Source: Entomortierella parvispora E1425 (Eukaryota > Fungi > Mortierellomycota). Taken from it: 64,000 nucleotides of DNA. Each line of letters starts with the position of its first letter. Position 1 is the first letter of the stretch. Made by a program: the position numbers and the translations under genes. The stretch lies in assembly GCA_020891255.1 (NCBI GenBank), contig BQFW01000001.1, positions 1,550,001 through 1,614,000 of the forward strand, in the 5' to 3' direction. Of this stretch, positions 11,377 to 25,306 are shown one piece after another. The notes beneath the pieces are model-generated. The model saw only the letters and a list, made by a program, of their open reading frames with translations, ran no database searches and was not told the origin of the DNA.

Positions 11377-14287
11377 GGTCAGTGGCGTGTTCGTGATGGC
11401 GCGGACGCTGCGGTGGGCCCCAGCACAAAGGCAAAAGGCACATGTAAGCAACGCGCGGGGCGTGCGAAGGAACGACAAAGGACGACTTGGAGCGAGCTCA
11501 AGCGTGTCTGGACTCCAAAACACGCGTCGAGCAGAGATGTGGATGAGGGGAGCGAAAGAACGAGAGCGTCGAGGTAAGAGCAGACGCGTTTCGGAGAAAC
11601 ACGAAGAAGAATGGATGGTCAATTGAGAGCCCCCAAGATTGGGAGAATGGTTAAGAAAAGGACAAGCAAGACCTCGAGTTATGAACGGTGATGAGTTTTA
11701 GCAAGGTGTATTGCAAGACGGAGGGGGGAAAAAAGAACGAAAAAGAAAGAGGGGAGAAAGGGAAAGAGAGGTGAATGCACAAGGGTCTTGTTGTTGTGGG
11801 ACAGAAAGAAATTGCGATTGAGTGGGTGGTTGAGGCGAAGAAGGGACAAGAAAAAAGGAGGGAGAGGTGCACAAAAATAGTGGCGATGGATGGATGGACA
11901 AAGGGTGGAAGGGTGGACTGTGCTGCGACGGGAGAGACAGAGTGAAAGAGAGAGAGAGGCAGAGAGGGAGGAGGAAAGGGAGGCAGCCCCCACAGGTTGG
12001 TGAGTACATGTCCATCCGTGCATCAGCAGTTCATGGGCAACTCCATTTCGCAGGTTGTCTGCATTCGCATGGAGGGTGGACCTTGTTCTTTTTTTGGGGG
12101 GGGGGGGGGAGAGTGGTCGCAGGGTGGATTAGAACCACGCGTGTGTGTGTGTGTGCTTTGTCACTCTTGCAACTGCCTGCCTGTCTGCCTGTCTGCCTGC
12201 CCGCCCGCCTGCCAGCCAGTTCATACAACTCGAGTCACCTTCGACTCACGGTCCAGAGACCTCCTTTGGCTCACAGACTGGCAGGAAAGGGGAGAAAAGA
12301 GAGGGGGCAAGATAAAACAAGGTGACTGGACAATGGTTGTCCAGTTGATAAATGGGGCGTGGACTGACGGCATCGATGTGGGTGGGACAGAGACAGCAAG
12401 GGCCATCTTTTTGACTGCGAACAGGGACAGGACAGGACAAGACAGTACCAAGACAGGGGAGGACAGGACAGGGGAAGCTGAAAGGGGGAGAGACAAAGGG
12501 AGAGAGGACGAACGACAAAGATCAAAGAGAAGGTGGAGATGATGACAGCCACGGAAAGCAAGGGCAACAAGGAGACAGAAGGAGCAAGAAGAGAGGGCAT
12601 CATCCATCGATCAATGACCGATCGATCCAGGGCTGTTGTTCCTCTGGTCGAGTTCGTTGATGCCCACTCTTACCCGTCCCCAGGGGTGTTGGGGGTGTTG
12701 TTGTTTGGTCATAAAAAAATAGATGGATGTAGCCACATCCTATCCAAAGGAGAGCAGGATGCAGGGACAGAGCGTGGGCCGTCACTTACCGAGCTGATCG
12801 CACCCGAGGGCATTTTGTGGAAGATGTATTAATGGTACGTCGGGGGGAGGGATAGGAAGGGGGTGCCTGAAGCGTCAGCAAGGCGATGCTTTGGGCAGGG
12901 TATGGACGAGGAGGTGGAGGTGTTGGGGGAGAAAGGGATGGTCGAAGGGTGTGTGGGTAGGCGTCGGTGTGGGTTTGGGTTGTGGAGAAGGAGAGGCGCC
13001 TCGAGGGCATGAGACAGGGTCAGGAAAAAGTAGTGCGCGTAAAGGGAATGGACAGACAGAGAAGACGAGGTGGACAGGGATTGGAGAACGGACATGGACT
13101 TGCGGATGCAGAGAAGGAGGAGGAGGAGGAGGAGGAGGAGGAGGAAAAGGTGAGAAAAGAGCCGCGCCAAGGTTAGTTAGCCCATGAGAAGGGAATGAGG
13201 GAATGACCTCAGAGATGCTGTCAGGGTTGACCGTGTTGGCCTTGCTTGGTCCTCCAGGGGTGATGTCCGTGTGGCTCTCTCTCTCTCTGTGTGTGTGTCT
13301 CTCTCTCTCTTTCTCTCTGTCTGTGCCTGTCTGCTTCGCGTTTGATTCGCTCGCTGATCAGCCATGCACACACACATGACTCATGCCTTCACCCTTTTCA
13401 TTCAGCCCGTCTTTCTCGTGTCTCTCCATCGCACAGGCATGAGCATGTGCATCCACTCTTGGGTCTCGGTCATTCAGAGGCACAGCGGCACATGGGGATG
13501 GTATTCCCATTTGTCCGTGGTGGCACCTCCCTCGGAGGGTTAATGCCAAAACTATGCATGTTGCATCGTAATGCAGCCTGTCCTTCCATGGACACAAACA
13601 CACACACTCACAATGCACCTGCCACATGGTGCAATCAAGTCCATGATGACATACTCCAACGATGACCCCCTATGGATCGCACTGCGGGAATGACACAACA
13701 GCAACAGCTGTTGGCCGACTAAGCAAGTCCAGTCCTGCCCGTTTCGACTTCATCGCCTTTTCAATTCTCCTTTGCCTGCTCTTGCTCCTTCTCCTCCTGT
13801 GGCCGTGCCTTGCAGCTCCATGTTGCTGGCACGCTCTCCACTCTTTACTGCGACCCCCCACTGCCAGAGATACCAAAAGAAAAAAATAGACAATGTTCAC
13901 AAAAAAAGGGGCGATCTGCGCTGAGCACAAGGTCTGCGTCTTTCTCCATTCGTTCTGTGTTCAATGGGCGTTCTCGTCCATGACGCTCTCTCTCTATCCT
14001 CGATCGCCCCTCCCAACAACACGAGTTTGCATCCTCATGACTCCACACCCAAAAAAAAAACACCCTGCCCCTTCTCTCACCACTCACTCCTTTCAAAACC
14101 TTCTGAACCCTGCCACGAACCATTTGGCAACTTCCCATCCTATCTTATGTTATCATCGTCATCGTCCGTTAGAGTCCAGACCCCATGGGTACCCGTTCCT
14201 TCTGATAAACGAGTTGAAAATGGGGGGAGAGGTGTATTTTTCATTTCTTGTTCTTTTCCCTCCCTTATATCTAATTTGCTTCTTTCT

Positions 14288-16918
14288 TTACAATGGGATG
14301 TTGCCGTGCTTGCGAGCAGGGTTCTCCTGCTTCTTGGAGCGCAACATCTCCAAGTCCTCAATGATTCTGCGGCGCGTTGTCGAGGGCTCAATCACATCAT
14401 CGACATATCCACGCTGTGCTGCTGGCAAGGGGTTGGCAAACTTGCTGATGTAGTCCTTCTCGGCCGTCGCACGGTCAGAGCTGGATCGGAAAATAATCTC
14501 CACAGCTCCCTTAGCTCTGTTGTTTGAAGGAAAAAAAAAAATAAAATCTCCGTTAGTCAATTGTTGTTGCCTCTTCAATACACTTTTTGTCTTCCATGCG
14601 CCAACAACAAACAATCCATGCTGTCGAGGAAGCAATAAACACTTTTCAAAAGGTTTTCGCGACTGGTTTGGACGAAGAAAAGAGCAAGATCATGGTCATG
14701 TTTTTTGGGCTCGTTGCACAAGTGAAGCATGTCAACATGACATGCAGTGCAGGAAAAAGAGGGGGTGCAGCAAACAACGTGACAATAGAGGAAAGCTCCC
14801 CCGCATGAGGATAGCAAAGCCAGCGCGTGGAAGATGAAAGGAGGGGATAACAGAAAACAAGGGTACATAGCAGTAGCCACTTACCCCATGACAGCAATCT
14901 CAGCAGTAGGCCAGGCATAGTTGAGGTCTCCGCGGAGATGCTTTGAGCTCATGACATCGTAGGCACCTCCATAAGCCTTGCGGGTAATGACGGTCACCTT
15001 GGGCACGGTAGCCTCGGCGTAGGCGTACAAGAGCTTGGCTCCGTGACGAATAATACCGTTGTGCTCCTGGGCGGTTCCGGGCAAGAAGCCAGGAACATCG
15101 ACCAAGGTAAGAATTGGAATGTTGAAAGCATCGGCGAAACGGACAAAGCGGGCAGCCTTGACAGAGGAGTTGATGTCAAGCACACCAGACGACACCAAGG
15201 GCTGGTTGGCAATGATGGAGACAGTGCGTCCACCCATGCGGCCGAAACCAATGACAATGTTCTTGGCGTAGTCAGGCATGATCTCAAAGAACTGAGAGTC
15301 ATCGACAAGACGGGTGATAACATCCTTGATGTCGTAGGCCTTGGTTGAATCGACGGGCACAATCTGGTTCAACGAGGCATCCTCACGGTCTGAAGGATCA
15401 TCGGTGTAACGAACAGGGGCCTGCTCCTTGTTGGAGAGGGGCAAAAAGTCAATGAAATCGCGAAGACGTTGAAGTGCCTCGACGTCGTTCTCGAAAGCGT
15501 TGTGGGCAACACCCGACTTGACGGTGTGGGCCTTGGCGCCTCCGAGCTCCTCCTGGGTGACCTCTTCCTTGGTAACGGTCTTGACGACCTCGGGTCCAGT
15601 CACGAAAAGGTAGGAGGTATCACGGACCATGAAGGTAAAATCGGTCAAAGCAGGCGAGTAAACGGCACCTCCAGCGCAGGGTCCCATGATGAGGGAGATC
15701 TGGGGAACAACACCTGAGGACATGACATTTTTCTACAATTGCCATTATTTAGAAACAACGATGTTAGCTCTGTGGCACATTCCATGGTCAATTAGCGTCA
15801 GCTGGTGCCCGTCGGGGATCCATATGTGCAAGAGCTCCATCACTGTGGATGGGAGACAGTCTAAAGAGACATATCCACCTCTTTCCATATTTTTGACAAA
15901 TTGGCGTGTTCAAAGTCTGATCATCCAGCCTGGCCGATAACTTCGTGCAATTCTCAAGTGAATCCTAATAAGGGTCCCTCCTTTGATGATTCATTGAGAA
16001 GGAAAAATGTCCTTACCAAGAAAATATCAGCATATCCAGCAAGGGACTCGACACCCTCCTGGATACGGGCTCCGCCAGAGTCGTTAAGTCCAATGACGGG
16101 AGCTCCAACCAAAAGAGCCTTGTCCATGATCTTGCAGATCTTCTGGGCATGGGTCTTGGAGAGAGATCCACCAAAGGCAGTGAAATCCTGGGAGAAAAGG
16201 AAAATGCGGCGTCCGTTGACGGTACCGTGGCCGGTAACGACACCATCGCCAGTGATCTAGAGGAGAGCCATTAAAGTCCTGTTAGACGCCAGGTTGTTCG
16301 ACTGTATTGGGTCAGAGTCAAGTCAAGATCATGTGGTGATGGGCTGCTAGTACCTTTTGCTTCTCCATGCCAAAGTCCACGCAGTTGTGCTCGACAAAGG
16401 CATCATATTCGCGGAAGGAGCCAGCATCGACCAAAAGCTCGATACGCTCACGAGCAGTGAGCTTGCCCTGTGTAATGGAGATGAAGATGCAAGATGTTAG
16501 AATCCGATCTGCCTCAGTTGTTATTCCTTTTTTGTTAGCAAAGTCAAGCAATCTGCTTTGAAATGAAGCGCCATTATGATGGATCCAATGGACACAAAAA
16601 CATGCCTTCTTGTGCTGGGTCTCGATTCTCTTCAAACCGCCGCCCAAGAGAGACTCCTGGCGCTTGCCATCGATCTTTGCGACAACATCCTGTTAAAAGT
16701 AAAGAAGGGAAAATGAGATTAGTAAGGAGTCGCCTCGAACATCCTGCTTGCTTTAACTCATTGTAATCAGCCTCGAATCATGGACGAACATTCTCGGCAG
16801 AGAGCGCGGTCTTTCCGATGGCATAGTGGCGGGCACTGGTGGCAAAGGCGGGGAGGGAGCGACGAGTGGCCGAGGCCATGGCGGCCCTGGAGGCGACGAG
16901 AGTCGAGAGGCGGAACAT
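14288..16918 (-). CDS. PCCB: Propionyl-CoA carboxylase beta (carboxyltransferase) subunit, mitochondrial
   Basis: [22 protein letters not shown]; [44 protein letters not shown]; ends RKHGNIPL. Presequence-like N-terminus [13 protein letters not shown]. Multi-exon, with a GC-AG intron at 16468-16605. Confidence 0.95.
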
Positions 16919-18364
16919 TGGGATGGGAGGACAATGAAGAAGAGTGGGGAGATGAAAGAAAAGAGGCGAAATAAAATAAAATGGAGGGCAAAAGAAGAGT
17001 TTGAAGAGAGGGAAAGAGAGGCACAGAAGGCGGGATCGAATGAACGGGATGATCTCGCTCAGTATGGCAGGCGAGATCTGCACGAGAGCATCTTTTTCGC
17101 GATGGAATGGCAATGGTGCCATCCTCATCGTCTTGTCATCAATCCATCTCTGTTGCTGCTTCTCACTCTTTCGCATGCACTCCTCTCTCATTCCCACCAG
17201 CCCGTCTCCAGCGCGTCTGACCAGTAGTAGGTCCGTTAAACTCTTCTTCCCCCTGACTTTCTTGGACGGCTCTTCTGTCGTTTTCCCCCGCACCTCTTAC
17301 TCCGCACTCGGCTCGGTCGCCCTCTTAACAGGTTTCCCTCGTTGAAGGAGCGTTCTGGCTGGTAGACAAGCAATTGCGGATGCAGATTCTCTTCCCCTTG
17401 TTCGTCAAGTCATCCAAGCAAACCCTTGCGCATCCTTGAGAGGGTAGCACTTCGGTGGTTCTTGTTCAATGGTGCAGCTCCTGTTATGATTTTTCTCTGG
17501 TCTCTTCTTTTTTTTCTTTTATTGAATGAACCCTCGTGATTTTTCCCACGGGTCTCTGCCCGGTTCCTGCCTCTGAGATTGAACCGAATCGCATCGAATT
17601 GCCGAACTCCTCGCGGACTGTGGGGGAGGAGGTGGGGAAAAGAACTGCCTCTCGCACAGCTAGTACTTCTCCCACGCATAGCTGGACAGCCATCAATCCC
17701 TGCCGAAGTTGCAGTGGACTTCAGATGGCTATTGCGGACCGAGCGCACTGCGAAATTCAGGTATCTTGTGAACAACAATGGCTCGCTTGGAGGGTAGTCC
17801 TGAACGGGCCATTGGATAAAAGACGGCTCATATCCAAGCCGGCAATAACCCTTGCCAATAGCCAAAACAACAACAACAACAAAAACAACAACAGCGGCAG
17901 CGGCACCAGCTAGAGTGATCCGAGAATAATCACAATGATGCGAATGAAGGGTCAAAGGAGAGTTGTTTCCGTGGGACATCTTGAATCGCGATGCGGGTGC
18001 CACCTGCGCCGTGAGGTGAGTGTCTGTCTGTTGGACTGTCAACACAATCTAGACAAACAGGTTGAAAGAGAGGGTGCGGACAGCAGAGCAAGAAGCTATT
18101 CTGAGGATGGATGAACCCACGCTGCCTGTCAACGAAGAAGAAGAATGAGAGTGACATCTGCATGGATGATCCCTGCCTCCCCTGCCTCCCTCTGATGCAG
18201 GTCGCCATTCGTGCCCTTGTGCTTCATCAATTTTTCAATCCCGCGACCACTTTTTTTTTTCTTGTGCTTGGTGCCCTTTCTTCTTTCGTCTCTCTTTCTT
18301 TCTTCTCTTCCATCACTCTCTCCCCTCTCTCATCTCCCTTCTCCCCTCATCCTATTACCTCGCC
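16919..18364. promoter_or_regulatory. Bidirectional promoter/5'UTR region shared by PCCB and PCCA
   Basis: Divergent ATGs at 16918 (-) and 18365 (+), each preceded by a CT-rich leader on its own strand. No credible gene lies between them. Confidence 0.65.
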
Positions 18365-21300
18365 ATGTCGCTTTCGCTCGCCGCGGCCATCCCTCGCACT
18401 TCCGGTCGCTGGGTCTGCTCCCTGACCGCGACCCGCCAGCGCCTCTTCCATGCCTCGGCTCTTTCCCGCGCCCAGTCCGCCGCTGTCGCCTCCTCCAACC
18501 AGGCTCAGGACTTTTCCAGATACGGCAAGGTAACAACGCTGCCTGTGCCTGTGCTCCTCACCATCCTTCAGGAATTGAATCGCAAGCAGAAAAAAAACAA
18601 CGCGCGCTGATCAGGACTCGTGCAGAATCCTGACTATGACCATCATGTCCTGATCTTGACTGAATGACTTCTTTGTTTAAAGAAGGGTCCAAAAGAAGAT
18701 CCATGGTTGCGTGTGATTGTCCCAAAGGAATCAAAGTATTGACCATTTCGTATACCTTTTGCTGCATTCCGAGCATAGACTTTTGACAAGATCTTGATCG
18801 CCAACAGAGGAGAGATTGCGTGCCGTGTGATCAGGACCGCAAAGAAGATGGGCATCAAGACAGTCGCCATTCACTCGGATGCCGATGTGAACAGCTTGCA
18901 CGTCCAGCTCGCCGACGAGGCTGTCAATGTGGTACAGTATTCCTTTCTAGATTCAGCATGCTTACCTTTCGACAGACTGGATAGGTTGTTTAGATATTCA
19001 CTTTTCAGTCAGCATCAGCCTGGACACCAGCACCAGACAATATTGGCAACACCCTAGTCATCGCTCCCTGGTCGCTGGGTTCTGGTCAATGTTCTCTAAA
19101 GTGTCAACCACAACCCAGCTTGTCGTGTCTATAGAAAATAGTCTATTGCATGAGGATCTAACAACTTCGTTTGCTTTCATTGACATCTCTGTCCAATCCA
19201 GGGTCCCGCCCCTACCTCCCAGAGTTACCTTAACGTTCCCAACATCCTCAAGGCCATCAAGGATACTGGCGCCCAAGCTGTTCACCCTGGTAAGAATGAA
19301 GACAAGGATCGAAACTACATGCATCTTTTTTACGGCCGCTGTGATCTCTCAATCTCACCAATGCGCTTTACTCTTTGTTTGGCTCAGGTTACGGTTTCTT
19401 GTCTGAGAACGCTTCGTTCGTCAAGGCTTTGGATGCTGCTGGTGTGACCTTCATTGGACCCTCTGAGGATGCTATGGCTGCTATGGGTGACAAGATCCAA
19501 AGTAAGATCATTGCCAAGGAGTCCAAGGTCAACATTATCCCTGGATTCAACGGCGTCGTCCGTGATGTCGACCACGCCCTTGAGATTTGTAAGTCCCATT
19601 TTCTTCTTTCCATGGACTTGTTTTCAGGATCGCGTCCACAAAGCTCAACAGCAACGTTTTATGCAAATTAGCCCGCGAGATTGGATACCCCGTCATGCTT
19701 AAGGCCTCTGCCGGTGGTGGAGGAAAGGGTATGCGTATCGCCTGGAACGACGAGGAGGTCAAGGAGGGATACAAGATTGCCAAGACCGAGTCCATGGCCT
19801 CGTTCGGTGATGACCGTCTTCTCATTGAGAAGTTCATTGACAACCCTCGCCACATTGAGATCCAGATCATCTCGGATAAGCACGGCAACACTGTAAGCAA
19901 CAAGAAAGATCGATCAATTCTCCCTTTGGTCAGTGAGTAGTAAATGTGGATATTGACATGTCTTTTAATTTTTCCTTGGTATATTAGCTCTGGTTGCCCG
20001 AGCGTGAGTGCTCCATTCAGCGCAGAAACCAGAAGGTTATTGAGGAGGCTCCCTCCACCCACATTGACGAGAAGACTCGCAAGGCTATGGGAGAGCAGGC
20101 TGTCATGTTGGCCAAGCACGTCAAATACTCGTCCGCAGGAACGGTCGAGTTCTTGGTCGACTCTCAGCGCAACTTTTACTTTTTGGAGATGAACACCCGT
20201 CTTCAGGTCGAGCACCCTATCACTGAATATATTACTGGTATGGATTTGGTCGAGCAAATGATCCGTGTCGCCGCCAACCAAAAGTTGATTCCCAAGCAGG
20301 AGGACATCAAGATCAACGGCTGGGCTATCGAGTCCCGTGTCTACGCTGAGGATCCCGAGAAGTACTTGCCCTCGATCGGTCGTCTCTCCAAGTACATCGA
20401 GCCCACTTCGACCAAGGGTGAGAACGAGGTCCGTTGCGACTCTGGTATTGTGGAGGGATCCGAGATCAGCATCTACTACGATCCCATGATCTGCAAGCTC
20501 TGCACCCACGGTGCCTCCCGTGAGGAGGCCATCGAGAACATGAAGCGCGCTTTGGACTCGTATGTGATCAAGGGTGTGACCCACAACATTCCTCTCTTGC
20601 GCGAGGTCGTCTCCCATGACCGCTTTGCCTCCGGCAAGTACTCAACAAAGTTCTTGGCTGAGGAATACCCCACCGGTTTCAAGGGCCATGCCCCCACTCC
20701 TACCTCCCTTGCCCAGTTGGCCTCCATGGCTGGTATCATGCACGCCAAGCGCGAGCTCCGTAACTGGGCTTGGGGTCGCGGCCGTGAGGCTCTCTTGAAG
20801 GAGGATCTCCAGGGCAAGGCCCCTCACAGCTGGGAGATCTTTGTCGGTGTCCAGGGTGTCGATGAGAAGGTTCCCGTCAAGGTTCACAAGATTGGTCGTG
20901 CTGTCAACGGCGAGGATGAGTTCGAGGTCTCTACCCCCGGCATGGCTCCCTTCACCTCCGCCGCTCACTGGCCCTTGGAGTCCCCCTTGATCACCAACAC
21001 CTTCGATAACGGTGAGGAGGTCACTCTCCAGTACTTGGATACCCTTCCTCTCGGATTCCGCGTCCAGCATCTCGGCACCAAGTTTGACATCACCATCAAC
21101 AACGCTGCCCAACACGCTCTTTCAAAATACATGCCCATCAAGGAGAAGGCCTCGACCACCAACATGATCTTGTCCCCCATGCCTGGTTCCGTCGTCTCGG
21201 TCGATGTCAAGGTCGGAGATGTTGTCGCCGAGGGTACTGCCGTTGCCACAATCGAGGCCATGAAGATGGCCAATGTCTTGCGCTCCGTTCGTGCAGGTGT

Positions 21301-21406
21301 CGTCAAGTCTGTCAAGGTCAAGGCCGGTGACTCTGTGGCCGGAGATGAGCTCTTGATTGAGTTTGAGGATGAGGCCAAGGAGGCTCCCAAGGAGGAGAAG
21401 AAGTAA
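18365..21406 (+). CDS. PCCA: Propionyl-CoA carboxylase alpha (biotin carboxylase + biotin carrier) subunit
   Basis: [67 protein letters not shown] and the biotinylation motif EAMKM. Presequence-like exon 1 (18365-18529). Confidence 0.93.
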
Positions 21407-21533
21407 AGAAGAAAAGAAGAAGTCCTAGTTTGTTTTCGTTCCCATCAGTTAGACCCCATTCGAAAAGAAGAGGAGGAATTACAGTTTCAAGAAATTGAAC
21501 AATATACATAACATTTTATCTACAAATCGATCT

Positions 21534-23814
21534 TTATTCCACTTTTCTCTCCACCGAGGGAGGTTGGCGCTTCTTGAGCAAGTCCCGCTTCCGTGCTACA
21601 GTCAATGGCGTTGAAGGGGCAGCATGAGAACTAGGCACATTGGTCTGCCTCTCGGACAGTGGGACCACATATGTTTTCCTGACCATGCCTGAATCTACCG
21701 TGGGAAGTTGAGCAAAGTCCTTCCGTACGGGCTCCTGTGGCTCTATAGCTCGTCCTTTGCCCTTATCAAGCCGTGTTATAACTTCTGCTGCCGGCTCTAT
21801 TAGTTCTGTGCCACAATGAGCATCACCATGTACAGGATCTGGCTCAGCCTTCGGTTTAGGTGCCAGATTTTGTTCCTGAATCGCCTGGTATGGGGTCTCA
21901 GACTTTGGCTGTGGTGAATGTTCAATGAACGGGAGGTACGATGGCTCAGGCTCAGACTCCAATTTCTGATTGGATGATAGGTTGACCGTTGGGTCCGACA
22001 TGGCGTCAGGAACGGCCATGGGTATAGATTCGAGCTCGGGTTCAGGTACAACCACAAGCAACGATGTAGGCGCTTGGTCCAGTTCGTGAGCCATAGTTGG
22101 TTCGGCAATTATCTCAGCGATATTGACAAAAAATCGGCTTTGAATTTCAACCTCAGGGGCTGCTGCGGATTGCGTCGAATTGCTTGGAGGGGAATCATCG
22201 ACCACCGAAACATCACGATTAACGCCTGAGCGATCCTCTGCACTCCCAGGAGTTGTGTCGGACCCCTCCAAGTTGACAATCATAGAGACGCTGGTCGACT
22301 GCTGACTTCTTGCCATTTCTTCCTTTCCCTTCCCAAACCCTGTTGCTTTTTCTGGAACCTTCTTACTCTTCTTGCTGCTCTTTGTGAGAGACAGAGTCGT
22401 GCTTGGGGTGCTAGCGGATCTTTTCTTCGACAGAGGTCGGTTTTGAGAACTGGCAGGTAGAAGGTTTGTTTGTTTTGGTATATCCTCGGCTACTACAGCT
22501 ATCACTGCCTCTTTAGCCTCCACATATGGTAAAGGGGCAGGTCTTTGAAGAGCCTCATCCTGCTGGTCATGCTGGCAAGACTCTGCAGGCGTCAAAGTTG
22601 TGCAGCCATCGATATCCATTGCTTCAGTGGATGCGGCGGGCTCCGATAGAGGTGTGGCTGGTGAAAGTACAGTTGGCTTTCGCATGCTGAGGTTGGGCTT
22701 CTTGAGAGCAGGGCGTTTTCCAGGCAATGACCGTCCAGGAGTGGATATTGACGGACCAAGACCAAGACCGAATAAGTTTGAGAGAGGCTCCGGCATCGAG
22801 GTCGAGATTGGTAGAGTCTGTGATATTGGTGTTGATGCGGGGGGTGCTGATGAGGACAAAGAAGATGGCGAGGATGACAAAGACGACTGGGGTCCGGCTA
22901 ATGTTTTGGTCCGACCGCTCTCTTTTTCTTCTGAAGATATAGCATCCTAGGAAGTGGTCCGTATGTATAGCCTGTTAGCAAAGTGAGCTATTTCTACCTC
23001 AGTCGCGTCTCCATGCAGCTCTGAGAGGTATACCTTTATCTCAAAGGTAGAATTGCTGCTCTCTATCCTCCTTATAGCATATCTCCTCGTGTAGTCCTTT
23101 GCCTTGAGTGTAAAACCCTCCTGGTTATCTTTAAACTCATTTGCCTATGATTGTCAAGGCAAGATCATTAGTCACTGGGGAATTCCAAAACAAGGAACGA
23201 GCCAAGACCAGTCAGGCACATACGATATCTACAATAAGCGGATCATCTGGGTTCGGGTACGCCAGGAGTACACGTAAAGACGTTAAAACTGTTTGAATAT
23301 TCAGGGAAGGTCTCCAGGTTCCTTTCGATCCAGTCTTCAAAATATCCAGACAGATCCTGCCCTCGTCATCAATGTTGGGATGGTATACTTTTGTAAGGAA
23401 CTGACACCGCGGAGGCTCCAGTGGATATCTAAACAGCAACATGGTCGGTAAACAACACATCATCCGTTAGATATTCGCACCCTTGCGCCACCAAACAGCA
23501 GGTAGTCGCAAAGATCAAGAAGACCCGTACCTCTCCGGAATGTTGATTTCTATTTGAAAGACTCCTCCAACATAGGGTGTATCTTCAGGCCCTTCCAGTT
23601 CTAGGTATTTGAAGATATTTTTTGATTAGGAGCTGTGTATTTCGGCCTCGTCCAACTAGGCTTATGTGCATTCCTCTGTCGTCCTTGTACCTGCATGGAG
23701 ATGGACCATGCTGTCATTTACGGGATAGCAAATGACCCCTTCAGGGGGCTTGCATTCCAAGTCTTTGAGCTCCTTGTTCAACCGTCCAGCGGTCATGTTC
23801 AGTCTTCCTGCCAT
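21534..23814 (-). CDS. UBE2T: Ubiquitin-conjugating enzyme E2, UBE2T-like, with a ~450-aa disordered C-terminal tail
   Basis: RLNKELKDL; [58 protein letters not shown], catalytic Cys present. Last exon corresponds to ORF 21534-22880. Confidence 0.85.
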
Positions 23815-24226
23815 TGTCGCCTCTCCGTGTGTCTGTCCTCGATGTCGTGTTGGGAATGCTGCTGTCAAATGAATAAAAGAAAAGGACGAACAGGCGCGAC
23901 TCTGAAAATGGTGGCGTCTGTAAATTAAGGGTCCGCGCTGAGATGGAGCCGCTCATCACGTGTAAATGCCAGTCACTCAACCTCTCTCTTTTTTTTTTTT
24001 GGCAACATTCTTTTTTTTTTCTTCCTCACTTTGTCCCATCAACTCCCGAGTCGAACGGCCATCTCTCCTTTCAGGAACAACCCAGCAGGAACGAAGGAAC
24101 ATCTCGAGTCTTTCCCATCCAACAAAGTCACCGGCCTGCAACTTCATTTCTTGCTTCCCTCTCTGTGAGCACTCAGTTTTCGACCTCCCACATACCCCAG
24201 CGACCAAAACCTCATAGTCCTTCATC

Positions 24227-25046
24227 ATGAACATGAACCCCATGCCACAAGCACCTGCCCAGCCTGGTGGAGCATCCCCAGACCAGGTCGCTCTCTTCAA
24301 CTCTGTTTTCCGTGAGAACTGTCCCTTCAAGTTTGTCTTCGGTGGTGTCACAGGTACGACTATGGATCCAGACTCTCTCTCTCTCCTCTCTCTCTATTGA
24401 CCAAATCCGAGTTGATCACATGCTATCCGATCTAAAGATCCTCGCTTTGACGACGGGTCAGATCGATCCCCCCCCCCCCCATGATGACCATAGCTCTAAC
24501 TCTTGAGAAACATTCTCTGATCTGATATAGGTTTCGCCTTGGGAGGAGTCTTCGGTATTGTCATGTCTTCCTTCGAATTTGCTGGACCCCAATTGACGCC
24601 ACAACTTCAGGAATTGTCAACGAGGGAGCAGATGAAGATTATGTTGAAGGATATGGGATCCCGTTCGTACTCTTCCGCAAAGAACTTTGCCGTTGTTGCT
24701 GCCATCTTTTCCTCCAGCGAGTGTTTTATTGAGGGCGTAAGTGTCTTGTTACCGCCCTTTTTTTGTTTTATGTTGTTATGACTGATCGGCTCTCAAAAGA
24801 ACTGTGGTGGTACATTTTCTGTCTGACAAGGAGATGTCAGGCATCGTTTTTAACATTGCTTTTTTCACATTGAACCGATCATAGTACCGCGCCAAGAACG
24901 ATATCTACAACGGAGCAGCCGCTGGATGCTTTACTGGAGGCGTTTTGGCAGCAAAGGGTGGTGCTAAGGCTGCTGGTATTGGATGTGCTGGTTTCGCTGC
25001 TTTCTCCACAGCCATTGATTACTGGATGAGGCACTCGGCCGAATAA
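24227..25046 (+). CDS. TIM22: Mitochondrial inner-membrane translocase subunit Tim22
   Basis: Three exons: [72 protein letters not shown]. Confidence 0.93.
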
Positions 25047-25306
25047 TTATCTCCTCATCATTTTCCTTTTGCTATTGTGTACTTTTTACCCCATCACATC
25101 ATGGTCATGTTCACGCATGTGTTCAACACTCCTTTCACGCCATTCATTTTTTTACAATTGTAATTTTACTTCACTAACCTTTAGAAGGGCATCTCCAAAT
25201 ATAAAAAATATGAACTTGGAAAGCTTTTATTCGGGCTTCCGTTTCTTTTCATGAAGAGCCTCTACTCACATGTGCCTGGAAGTTGTCAAAACTCGGTCTG
25301 GAAAAC

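Noticed and set aside
12710-12813. Possible spliced 17-aa uORF/peptide on the minus strand (MPSGAISS|DVATSIYFL)
   Set aside because: Good ATG context and GTAAGT donor, but no clear branch point and no link to the downstream gene. Needs RNA data.
11650-14280. Many short ORFs in the GA/CT-rich interval
   Set aside because: Microsatellite-rich UTR/promoter sequence with no recognisable protein motifs.
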